A stretch of 64,000 nt of DNA from NCBI GenBank assembly GCA_035295545.1, contig DATGIT010000014.1, positions 66,449-130,448 on the forward strand, given 5' to 3'. A program made the position numbers and the translations under genes. A model generated the notes under the pieces. That model made no database searches and was not told the origin of the DNA. It was given only the letters and a program-made list of their open reading frames with translations. This stretch comes from Candidatus Binataceae bacterium. Its GTDB lineage: Bacteria; Desulfobacterota; Binatia; Binatales; Binataceae. Below are positions 57,201 through 64,000 of this stretch, one piece after another (the stretch's first letter is position 1; each line of letters starts with the position of its first letter).

Positions 57201-57634
57201 CGCGGTTCTCGAATACCGAAGCCGACGTGCTCCGTTTTTATAATCTGCTCTTCACCGCCGAAGCCTGTGTGAAGATTGGCGACGCGCAACGCGCCGCCGC
57301 GTTGCTCGAAGCGTGGCAAAGCACCCGGCAGAAAATCGCGATCGTGCTGAACGATGCCCTTTATCATCGCCTGCGCGGCGACGTCCTGCGCGCGACCGGC
57401 GACGACCGAGCGGCGGAAAAGGAATATCGCGAGTCGCTGACGATCGCGGCGGCGATGAATGACAAATATAGCGAGCTGCGCGCTTCCATGGCGTTGGCCC
57501 CGTTGCTGGCGCAGCAAGGACGGCGCGACGAGGCGCGCAAATCCCTGGATGGAGTCTGTAACTGGTTTACCGAGGGCCTGGACACTGCCGATCTGGTTGA
57601 AGCACGCAAGCTCCTGGAGCGGTTGAACGGATAG
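54209..57634 (+). CDS. class III adenylate/guanylate cyclase fused to STAND/AAA ATPase and TPR repeats, N-terminal double zinc ribbon
   Basis: 1141 aa. CAKCGADN..FCSECAAPL..CARCATLN..FCDECGEPL zinc ribbons. Cyclase domain (ITALFADIKGSTEL, FALFGAP). P-loop GQIVAMVAEAGVGKSRL. C-terminal TPR-like repeats. Confidence 0.85.
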   Translation: MRCAKCGADNRDGAKFCSECAAPLAATCARCATLNQPGARFCDECGEPLAAGRSKPKSRSASPVPVLQQEEASADASEGERKTITALFADIKGSTELEQDLDPEEARAIIDPALKLMIDAARRYEGYIVQSTGDGVFALFGAPSAHEDHPQRALYAALRMQEDLRRYSSKLVASGGIPLQCRVGVNTGEVVVRSIATGGGQTEYTPIGHAINLASRMQAVAPVGSIAVADATRKLCEGYFALKPLGPTRVKGVSEPVNVYEVTGLGPLRTRLQRSAGRGMTKFVGRERELDTLRHAAGLAAQGRGQIVAMVAEAGVGKSRLLYEFKARSASDWMVLEAYSVSHGKASAYLPVIELLCSYFRIVDEDDERSRCEKVAGRLAILDPALEDARPYVLGLLGISEGERLRKHWEHSFDRLEEYLLGAQAKDPFPQMDVQVRRRRTLDAIKRILLREALNQPLMLIFEDLHWIDADSQALLEVLADSIAASRILLLVNYRPEYSHAWANKSYYTQLRLDPLSLESAEQLMAVLVGGGAGLAPLRKLIVDKSEGNPFFMEEIVQGLFEDGALLRNGIVTLTRSLESLRIPATVQAVLASRIDRLPPAEKDVLQTVAVIGKEFGLGLVREVTGKSDEEIMPSLFNLQLAEFLYEQPAIAEIEYTFKHALTQEVAYNSVLHERRKLLHQRIATAIERQFASNVDDRLGELAHHYSRSNDLTKAFEYMGRAAEQAGRRSAYSEMIAYIDRGLALLAELPESEQRDLDELSLRVKLGPALMAVKGFSSEETRRSCERACDLARRRGARAQLFAALNFLWAFHYTRGDPKSSLEVSQELMSIAQDVREPGMLKDSYRAMGRALTYTGDLLGARRYLEEALTLDGSSRAWARGANVGPDADMLCLTGLSEVLIALGYPDQALQRAREALEAVDSQTDPFSFAMALTIAAEIYNFRREPDKALEILGRALALCDRHGYPFWLSFARRMSGWALALQGQVRAGIEMMEEEMARFSNTEADVLRFYNLLFTAEACVKIGDAQRAAALLEAWQSTRQKIAIVLNDALYHRLRGDVLRATGDDRAAEKEYRESLTIAAAMNDKYSELRASMALAPLLAQQGRRDEARKSLDGVCNWFTEGLDTADLVEARKLLERLNG

Positions 57635-57708
57635 CCAAAGCGGCGCGCCCGCGGAGAAGACAACGAGCCGCGTTGACCGCGCGGCCTGCGGCTTGCGCCA
57701 ATCGTTGA

Positions 57709-58563
57709 TTACTCAGACCTGCCGTCGCCGAGACCGGCCAGACGCTCGGCGAGACGGTTCAGCTCCCATTCTATGGCCAGCGCGGAGGCCCTTGCCCAGG
57801 TCGGGGTCTGGTCCGGCAGCGGCGGGATGGGCGCGGACTTGTCCATCGTGGCGATTCTCCGATAGAGGCGCAGTTCATCCGCGATCTGCCTGAACCTGCC
57901 TTCAGCCAGTAGATTCTCAAGCGAGCCGTACCGGCGCAGCAGGGCGGCCGCGCTCTTGGGCCCGACGCCCGGCGCGCCTGGCAGCTTGTCCGAGGCGTCG
58001 CCGCGCAGCGCGATGAAATCCGGCACCTGTTCAGGCTCGACGCCGTAGCGCTGACGCACCTCCTCGGGTCCGATGCGCGCCATCTCGCCCGCGCGCACGG
58101 GCTGAAGAATCGTCGTGCGCTCAGACGCGAGCTGAAAAGCGTCGCGGTCGCCGGTTGCGATGAAGGCCGTGCCGCCGCGGCGTTCTTCGTCGGCCATGGC
58201 CGCCGCCAGAAAATCGTCAGCCTCGTATCCCGCAGCCTTGGCATTCAGGAAGCCGCAGGCGGCAACGAATTGCGGCAGCGCAGCAAGTTGCTCGAGCAGC
58301 TCGGCGTCGAATTGGCGTCCGCTTTGATAGCCGGCGAACGCGACGTGCCGGTAGGTCGGGACGTCCAGCGTGTCCCAGGCGACCAGCACCGCACGCGGCC
58401 GCTCGCTCTCGTACAGGCGCAGCAGAAAATTGGCGAAGCCGACGATGGCGCCTGCGCCGAGATTGCCGCGTCGCCGGACAGTCTTCGGCAGTCCGTGATA
58501 CGCGCGATGCGCGAACGAATCGCCGTCGATTACCAGCAACGGCTGACTGGCATTCGCGGTCAT
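57709..58563 (-). CDS. 5'-3' exonuclease (flap endonuclease, Xni/ExoIX-like)
   Basis: 284 aa. N-terminal LLVIDGDSFAHRAYHGLP. H3TH region (GAPGVGPKSAAALL). Confidence 0.8.
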   Translation of the reverse strand: MTANASQPLLVIDGDSFAHRAYHGLPKTVRRRGNLGAGAIVGFANFLLRLYESERPRAVLVAWDTLDVPTYRHVAFAGYQSGRQFDAELLEQLAALPQFVAACGFLNAKAAGYEADDFLAAAMADEERRGGTAFIATGDRDAFQLASERTTILQPVRAGEMARIGPEEVRQRYGVEPEQVPDFIALRGDASDKLPGAPGVGPKSAAALLRRYGSLENLLAEGRFRQIADELRLYRRIATMDKSAPIPPLPDQTPTWARASALAIEWELNRLAERLAGLGDGRSE

Positions 58564-58599
58564 CTGATCATCAACGCGTGCGCGTTTGGGGCGCAGGGG

Positions 58600-59964
58600 T
58601 CAACGGCGGCGATAGCGCGCGCCGGGATGGGTTTGGGGCAGCCGCGCGCGTCTCGCTCCAAAGAGTTTCTCGCGATAGGTGCCCTCCCCGTACTCGCTCT
58701 GCATGAGCCCGCGCCGTTGCAGCACCGGAACTACGCCTTCGATGAAATCTTTGAAGGTACCGGGCGTAATCATGTAGGCGAGATTGAATCCGTCGGCCCC
58801 CGCGTCCACCCATTGCATGAGCTCATCGGCCACCTGCTCCGGAGCGCCGACGATGACCGGGCCGGCGCCGCCGATCGCGACCGCCTTGGCGACGTCGCGG
58901 ATGGTCCATCTTCGATCCGCGCCGGCCTGGGTGAAACCCTGGAGCAGACTGCGTATCGCGTTGGTCTCGATGTACTCGACCGGCCGGTCGGGGTCGAAGC
59001 GGCTGAAGTCGACTCCGGTCCAGCCGCCAAGCAATGCAAGGCCGCCCTCGTAATCGACATATGCCATGAACTCATCGTGCTTGCGCCGCGCTTCGGATTC
59101 CGTAGCGCCGGTTATGACCTTCAGAAACATGAAAAACAGCAGATCCCGCGGGTCTCTGCCTTGTTGCCGCGCGCGCTCGCGGGTGTCGCGGATGCACTCG
59201 GCGACGACCTGCGGAGTCGGCCCCGTCACAAAAACGCACTCGGCATGCCGCGCCGCGAAAAGCCGGCCGCGCGGGGAGGATCCGGCCTGGTAGAGCACCG
59301 GCGTTCGCTGCGGCGACGGCTCGGAGAGATGGCATCCGTCCACCCTGAAGTGTTCACCCGCGTGGTGAATATCGTGAACCTTGGCCGGGTCGACGTAAAT
59401 TCTTTGCCGTCGATCCTCCAGCACCGCGTCATCTTCCCAGCTCGACTCCCACAGCTTGTAGCAGACCTCGAGGTATTCGTCGGCGAAGGCGTAGCGCTCG
59501 TCGTGATCGAGCAGGCCCGCGAGTCCGAAGTTGCGGCCGGAGCTTTCAAGATAGGACGCGACAATATTCCACGCGATCCTTCCTTTGGTCAGATGATCCA
59601 GCGTCGAGATCTGGCGCGCGAAGGTGAACGGATGTACCTGCAGCACCGAGCTGGTGTAGGCGAAGCCGAGATGCTCCGTCGCATGCGCCATCGCCGGGAT
59701 GAGCAGGCTGGGGTCGTTTACCGGAATCTGCACCGCGCCTCGGGCAGCGGCGTCGCGACTGCCCCGGAACACGTCGTAGACGCCGATCACATCGGCCAGG
59801 AAGAGCCCGTCAAACCTGCCGCGTTCCAGCAGTTGCGCGAGTTCCATCCACGCGCCGAGGTCCTTGTAGCGATGCGTCTGGTCCTCGGGATGCATCCAAA
59901 GCCCGGGCGACTGATGCACCACGCAATTCATGTGAAACGCGTTGAAATAGATGCGTTTGTTCAA
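58600..59964 (-). CDS. LLM-class flavin-dependent monooxygenase (NtaA/SnaA/DszA family)
   Basis: 454 aa. N-terminal MNKRIYFNAFHMNCVVHQSPGLWMHPED characteristic of nitrilotriacetate monooxygenase component A-type enzymes. Confidence 0.85.
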   Translation of the reverse strand: MNKRIYFNAFHMNCVVHQSPGLWMHPEDQTHRYKDLGAWMELAQLLERGRFDGLFLADVIGVYDVFRGSRDAAARGAVQIPVNDPSLLIPAMAHATEHLGFAYTSSVLQVHPFTFARQISTLDHLTKGRIAWNIVASYLESSGRNFGLAGLLDHDERYAFADEYLEVCYKLWESSWEDDAVLEDRRQRIYVDPAKVHDIHHAGEHFRVDGCHLSEPSPQRTPVLYQAGSSPRGRLFAARHAECVFVTGPTPQVVAECIRDTRERARQQGRDPRDLLFFMFLKVITGATESEARRKHDEFMAYVDYEGGLALLGGWTGVDFSRFDPDRPVEYIETNAIRSLLQGFTQAGADRRWTIRDVAKAVAIGGAGPVIVGAPEQVADELMQWVDAGADGFNLAYMITPGTFKDFIEGVVPVLQRRGLMQSEYGEGTYREKLFGARRARLPQTHPGARYRRR

Positions 59965-60184
59965 GTGGCGTCAGACCGTTCCGCGATGCGATCCGCTTCC
60001 AGACTAATCCGTCATGCTTCGGCGGACGGTTGAAAAGCCCCGCCGCCCCCGGCATTGTACACTGCACCTCAATTCTAGCTGGGAATGCAACCGGCGCCGG
60101 CCTGGGGAAGAAGGTGCGGTCAATTGCTTGCCGCCCTTGTGGCCGGAGGGCACGCTTGCGGGACGACACGACCAGGTTTTGAAC

Positions 60185-62569
60185 ATGGCATCGATGGGAC
60201 AGAAGACCGCCGACTTCCTGCTTCGTTGGAGATGGCAGGTCATCGCGATCTATATCGCGCTCACGGGATTCTTTTGCGTCGGCGTGGTCCGCATCGCGCA
60301 CAGCTTCAAGGCTCAGACCTCGGTGGCCGACCTGGTGCCGGCGCACAATCCCATCACCGACGTCTTCAAGCGCTACCAGAGCTTCAGCAAGCCGGCCACG
60401 GTGGAGATTCTGCTCAAGGTAAAACAGGGCACGATCTACACGCCCTCGACGCTCGCCCGCATCTGGCGCATTACGCGCGCGCTCGACCTGGTGCCGGGGA
60501 TCGATCACGTCACGCTGACCTCGATCGCGAGCGAAAAGGTGCGCGTGATACGGCCGACGCCGCCGGGGCTCAGTTCCGAGCCGGTGATGACCAACAAGAT
60601 TCCGTCCACTCCTGCCGAGGCCGCGGCGGTGCAGGAGCGCGCCCGACACGCGGCGGGGGTCACCGGAATCCTGGTCTCGCCGGACGAGCGCGCGACGCTG
60701 ATCGATGCGGCGTTCTTCGAGCACGGGCTCGACTACACCGAAGTCTTCAATCGCGTGCATCAGATGCTGGCGGGCGAGAGCGACCCGAATATCGAGTACT
60801 ACACCGCCGGGCGCGTGATGCTGATCGGATGGGTGTATCGCTACGGGCGCCAGGCGCTGTGGATCTTCCTTCTGTCGCTGGCGCTGATCATCGGCGCTCA
60901 CATCGACTACATGCGCAGCCTGGCCGGAGCGCTCACCCCGATCATCGCCGCCGCGGTTTCCACCGTGTGGGGGCTCGGCGCGGGCGGATGGCTCGGCCTC
61001 AACCTCGAGCCGCTGACCGTGGTCGTGCCGGTGCTGCTGATGGCGCGCGCGCTCAGCCATTCGCTGCAGATCACGCGCCGCTACTACGAAATCCTCTACG
61101 AGACCCATGAGCGCGTGGCGGGCGCGGCGGGCGCGCTGGCCTCGATGCTCGCGCCGGCATTGCTCGGCATCATGTGCGACGTCGCCGGGCTTTATATGAT
61201 CTGCCTTGCGCCAATCCCGATCATCCAGAAGCTCGGAGTCCTGTGCGGCACGTGGTCGCTGCTGATCATCCCCTCGGCGGTGCTGCTCACCCCCGTGCTG
61301 CTCTCGATTCTGCCGCCGCCCCGCGACGTGAGCGTGTTCATCACGCACGAAGTGCCTTCGCTCAGCACCCGGCTGATCGAGCCGGTGCAGCGCCTGCTGG
61401 CGACGCTGCTCAGGCCGGGCGCGCGCATTGCCGCGGCGGTCGTCGCGGTGCCGGTTGCGGCGCTGCTCGCCTTCGTCGCGCTCAGCCGCCCGGTCGGCAA
61501 CGTCTCGATCGGCAGTCCGCTGCTATGGCCTGACAACGAGTTCAACGTCGCCGAGCGCGAGATCAACGCCAATCTAGCCGGTACGGCTACGCTGAACGTG
61601 GTGTGGGAGGGCAAATTCCCGCGCGCGCTTTACCGGCCCGAAGTTTACGATTCGATGCTGCGGTTTCAGAAGGCGATCGAGCGCAGCCACGGCGCGGTCG
61701 CCACGCTCTCGCTCGCCGACTACATCCCCTACACGGGCCTCATCCTGCGCGGCGGCAATCCCAAGTGGCTGCCTATCGACCTCACCGGCCATGACGTCGG
61801 CGCCTATCTGTTCTGGACCCGCACCGGCCATTCGCTGGAAAACTTCAGCAACATCATCCAGCCCAACGGCACCAACGGCGACGTGATTCTCTGGTACAAG
61901 GACCTGCGCGCGAGCACCGTGGACGAGGCGATGGCGCAGGCGCGACGCGCAATCGCCGAAATCCAGCCGCATCCCTCGCCCGTGTACCGCATCCGGCTCG
62001 CGACCGGCTCGGTTGCGCTGCAGTATGCGCTCGATCACGTGGTGCGCGCAGCGGACCTGAAGATCCTTCTCTACCTGCTCGCGACGATCTTCGCGATGTG
62101 CGTGCTGACGTATCATTCGGCGCTTGCCGCGGCGATGCTCCTGGTGCCGCTGCTGCTCGCTCAATTCGCGACGGATTCGGTGATGTACCTGCGCGGCGTG
62201 GGACTCGACGTGAACACGCTGCCGGTGGTCGCGGTCGGCCTGGGCGTGGGAATCGACTACGGGATCTACCTGTTAAGCCGCGTCTGCGAGGAGTTTCAGG
62301 GAGCGGCGGACCGCGATGTGCAGGCCGCGGTGACGCGCGCGGTCTTCACCACCGGCGAGGCGACCTTCTTCGTCGCATTTACGATGGTGCTCGGCGTGTT
62401 GCCCTGGTACTTCCTGTCGCAATTGCGCTTTCTCGCCGAGATGGGGCTGATGCTGGCGCTGGTGATGGCCTTTAACGGGCTGCTCGCGATGAGCGTGCTG
62501 CCGCTGGAAACGGTCATCCTGCGTCCGAAATTCCTCGGACGAGTCAAGTTGATGCGGCACACGCGCTGA
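60185..62569 (+). CDS. MMPL/RND superfamily transporter
   Basis: Start moved to ATG at 60185 (MASMGQKTADFLLRWRWQVIAIYIALTGFFCVGV). 12-TM RND-like topology with two large periplasmic loops. The track start at 60014 adds an unlikely 57-aa extension. Confidence 0.8.
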   Translation: MASMGQKTADFLLRWRWQVIAIYIALTGFFCVGVVRIAHSFKAQTSVADLVPAHNPITDVFKRYQSFSKPATVEILLKVKQGTIYTPSTLARIWRITRALDLVPGIDHVTLTSIASEKVRVIRPTPPGLSSEPVMTNKIPSTPAEAAAVQERARHAAGVTGILVSPDERATLIDAAFFEHGLDYTEVFNRVHQMLAGESDPNIEYYTAGRVMLIGWVYRYGRQALWIFLLSLALIIGAHIDYMRSLAGALTPIIAAAVSTVWGLGAGGWLGLNLEPLTVVVPVLLMARALSHSLQITRRYYEILYETHERVAGAAGALASMLAPALLGIMCDVAGLYMICLAPIPIIQKLGVLCGTWSLLIIPSAVLLTPVLLSILPPPRDVSVFITHEVPSLSTRLIEPVQRLLATLLRPGARIAAAVVAVPVAALLAFVALSRPVGNVSIGSPLLWPDNEFNVAEREINANLAGTATLNVVWEGKFPRALYRPEVYDSMLRFQKAIERSHGAVATLSLADYIPYTGLILRGGNPKWLPIDLTGHDVGAYLFWTRTGHSLENFSNIIQPNGTNGDVILWYKDLRASTVDEAMAQARRAIAEIQPHPSPVYRIRLATGSVALQYALDHVVRAADLKILLYLLATIFAMCVLTYHSALAAAMLLVPLLLAQFATDSVMYLRGVGLDVNTLPVVAVGLGVGIDYGIYLLSRVCEEFQGAADRDVQAAVTRAVFTTGEATFFVAFTMVLGVLPWYFLSQLRFLAEMGLMLALVMAFNGLLAMSVLPLETVILRPKFLGRVKLMRHTR

Positions 62570-62635
62570 ACATTGTCGCGCGCGCGCTGGCCAATCGCCA
62601 GCTCGGACGTGGCCGGATCGAAGCAGGATTTCAGC

Positions 62636-63712
62636 TCAACCCAGGTGCGCCAGGATCTCGGCGAAGGTGAGCTTGCGCGTCAGGGCGTCGCCCAGACGGT
62701 CGAGCAGCACGAACTCGACCTCGTCCCCCGCGCGCTTTTTATCCATCCGCAGCGCATTCACGAACTCTTCGCCGCGCCATCCCGCAGGCAGGGCGGTCGG
62801 CAAACCGGCCCGCGCGATGAGCTGCTGCAACCGGTCGGCTTCAGCGGGAGTCAGTTCAGCGAACGCCTGCGAAAGCTTGCTTGCCGCGACCATGCCGATC
62901 GCCACAGCCTCGCCATGCAGGAACGTCCCGTAGCCCGAGGAGGCCTCGAGTGCGTGGCCGACCGTGTGGCCAAAATTGAGAATTTTGCGCAGGCCGCGTT
63001 CGTGCGCGTCGCTCAGCACCACCGCCGCCTTGTGCTTCAACGAGCGGGTTACGACTTCCTCCAAAACGGCGGGTTCGCGGCGCAGGATCGCCTCGAGATG
63101 CGCCTCCAACGCCTCGATCATCGGCGCGTCCATGATAGCGCCGTACTTGATGACCTCGGCCAGTCCTTCGCGAAATTCGCGCTCGGGCAGGCTCGCGAGC
63201 GTCATCACGTCCGCGACGATCAGCCGTGGCTGGTAAAACGCGCCGACCAGGTTCTTGGCCCGCGGATGATTGATGGCGGTCTTGCCGCCCAGCGCTGAAT
63301 CCACCTGCCCGACCAAGGTGGTCGGGACCTGCACCAGCGCGATGCCCCGCATGTAGGTCGCGGCAGCGAAGCCGGCCAGGTCGCCGACTACGCCGCCGCC
63401 GAGTGCGAATACGGCGCCGCCGCGATCCAGCTCGGCCTCGATGAGCGCGTCGTAAACGAGTTCCAGCGTCGGCAGCGATTTGCTGGGTTCGCCGGGCGCG
63501 ACTTCGAGCACCCGCGGCGCGAAGCCCGATGCCTCGAGCGCGGCGACGAGCCGCGCGCTGAAAAGACGCGCGACATTTGCGTCGGTGACGACCAGCACGC
63601 GGCCGGCACCCAGGCCCGCCTTGCGCGCCAGGCGCCCGGTTTCGTCCAGCAGGCCGGCGCCCACGTGCGCGGCATGCGACTCGGCCCCGAGTTCTACGCG
63701 CAACGATTGCAT
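62636..63712 (-). CDS. aroB: 3-dehydroquinate synthase
   Basis: Start moved to Met at 63712 (MQSLRVELGAESHAAHVGAGLL). NAD/metal-binding motifs (VLVVTDANV, GGGVVGDLAGFAAATYMRGIALVQVPTTL). The first 79 aa of the track ORF are an Arg-rich shadow. Confidence 0.85.
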   Translation of the reverse strand: MQSLRVELGAESHAAHVGAGLLDETGRLARKAGLGAGRVLVVTDANVARLFSARLVAALEASGFAPRVLEVAPGEPSKSLPTLELVYDALIEAELDRGGAVFALGGGVVGDLAGFAAATYMRGIALVQVPTTLVGQVDSALGGKTAINHPRAKNLVGAFYQPRLIVADVMTLASLPEREFREGLAEVIKYGAIMDAPMIEALEAHLEAILRREPAVLEEVVTRSLKHKAAVVLSDAHERGLRKILNFGHTVGHALEASSGYGTFLHGEAVAIGMVAASKLSQAFAELTPAEADRLQQLIARAGLPTALPAGWRGEEFVNALRMDKKRAGDEVEFVLLDRLGDALTRKLTFAEILAHLG

Positions 63713-64000
63713 CGATGCCCGCTCCCGCCGTTGCGGGCGAACGCTTCGAGCACGCGCTCGGCCGATTCGGCGACCGAAAGATCCGACGTATCCACGGTGA
63801 AGTCGGCTCGCGCATAGGCCGCGCGCCGTTGTTCCATCAGCTCGGCGATGCGCTCGTCGAGCGGCTTGCCGCCCTCGAGCAGCTTGGGGCGCTTGTGCGG
63901 CGCACGCCGCACGCGCGCCGCGATGATTTCGGGCCGCGCGCTCAGGCATACGATTGTGCCGATGCGCTTGAGCATGAGGTAGTTACGTTCATCCGCCAGC
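63694..64000 (-). CDS. aroK: shikimate kinase, partial (5' end outside window)
   Basis: C-terminal region LKRIGTIVCLSARPEIIAARV...RPKLLEGG consistent with shikimate kinase. Stop at 63694 overlaps the aroB start by 19 nt. The N-terminus with the P-loop must lie beyond 64000. Confidence 0.55.
   Translation of the reverse strand, partial: LADERNYLMLKRIGTIVCLSARPEIIAARVRRAPHKRPKLLEGGKPLDERIAELMEQRRAAYARADFTVDTSDLSVAESAERVLEAFARNGGSGHRCNRCA

Noticed and set aside
59810-61348. 512-aa minus and 341-aa plus ORFs
   Set aside because: Shadow frames of the MMPL/RND transporter gene (R/H/D-rich, no membrane character).
62856-63815. 319-aa minus-strand ORF
   Set aside because: Alternative frame inside aroB; Arg/Ala-rich.
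1-64000. CRISPR arrays, rRNA/tRNA genes, IS elements or transposases
   Set aside because: No regularly spaced direct repeats, no tRNA-like cloverleaf candidates in intergenic regions, and no ORF with transposase or integrase motifs found by eye. Only isolated hairpins and the lower-GC spacer at 47100..48018.

Overview
High-GC (about 68%) bacterial chromosomal segment, gene-dense, with no rRNA, tRNA, CRISPR array or obvious transposase. CDS coordinates below include the stop codon; several starts were moved off the ORF-track start after inspecting ribosome-binding sites and stop/start overlaps.

Main content, left to right:
- A FecR-domain protein followed by a CHASE2 class III adenylate/guanylate cyclase, which runs off the window at position 1.
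- A lone xanthine-dehydrogenase-family molybdopterin large subunit with its MoxR (CoxD-like) ATPase and VWA (CoxE-like) partner.
- Trehalose synthesis genes otsA and otsB plus a 1-Cys peroxiredoxin.
- A CocE/NonD hydrolase and a sulfatase-like membrane enzyme.
- A SAM-I riboswitch on the minus strand (about 28380..28490, plus an intrinsic terminator) in front of a co-directional run of genes: a ThiF/MoeB-like E1 enzyme, a threonine-synthase-like PLP enzyme with an N-terminal zinc ribbon, a MoaD/ThiS-type sulfur-carrier protein (C-terminus GG-R), a cysteine-synthase (CysM-like) enzyme, a small NIL-domain protein, a second ThiF-like protein with a degenerate nucleotide-binding loop, a HAD hydrolase, APS kinase (CysC) and ATP sulfurylase (Sat). 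I read this as a SAM-regulated, protein-thiocarboxylate-dependent route to homocysteine/methionine and probably cysteine, coupled to sulfate activation.
- An inverted duplicated pair of tadG/tadE-like Flp-pilus pseudopilin genes.
- A cluster of oxidoreductase and hydrolase genes (LLM-family, dienelactone-hydrolase-like, acyltransferase-3) followed by asd.
- A DUF35 zinc-ribbon protein paired with a thiolase-like protein.
- An RRM RNA-binding protein.
- A three-domain LigD (phosphoesterase, ligase, polymerase) with no Ku gene in view.
- A 1345-aa tandem hybrid histidine kinase.
- An adenylate cyclase fused to a STAND ATPase and TPR repeats.
- An MMPL/RND transporter and aroB-aroK at the right edge.

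Many long ORFs in the track are GC-rich shadow frames of these genes and were not called.
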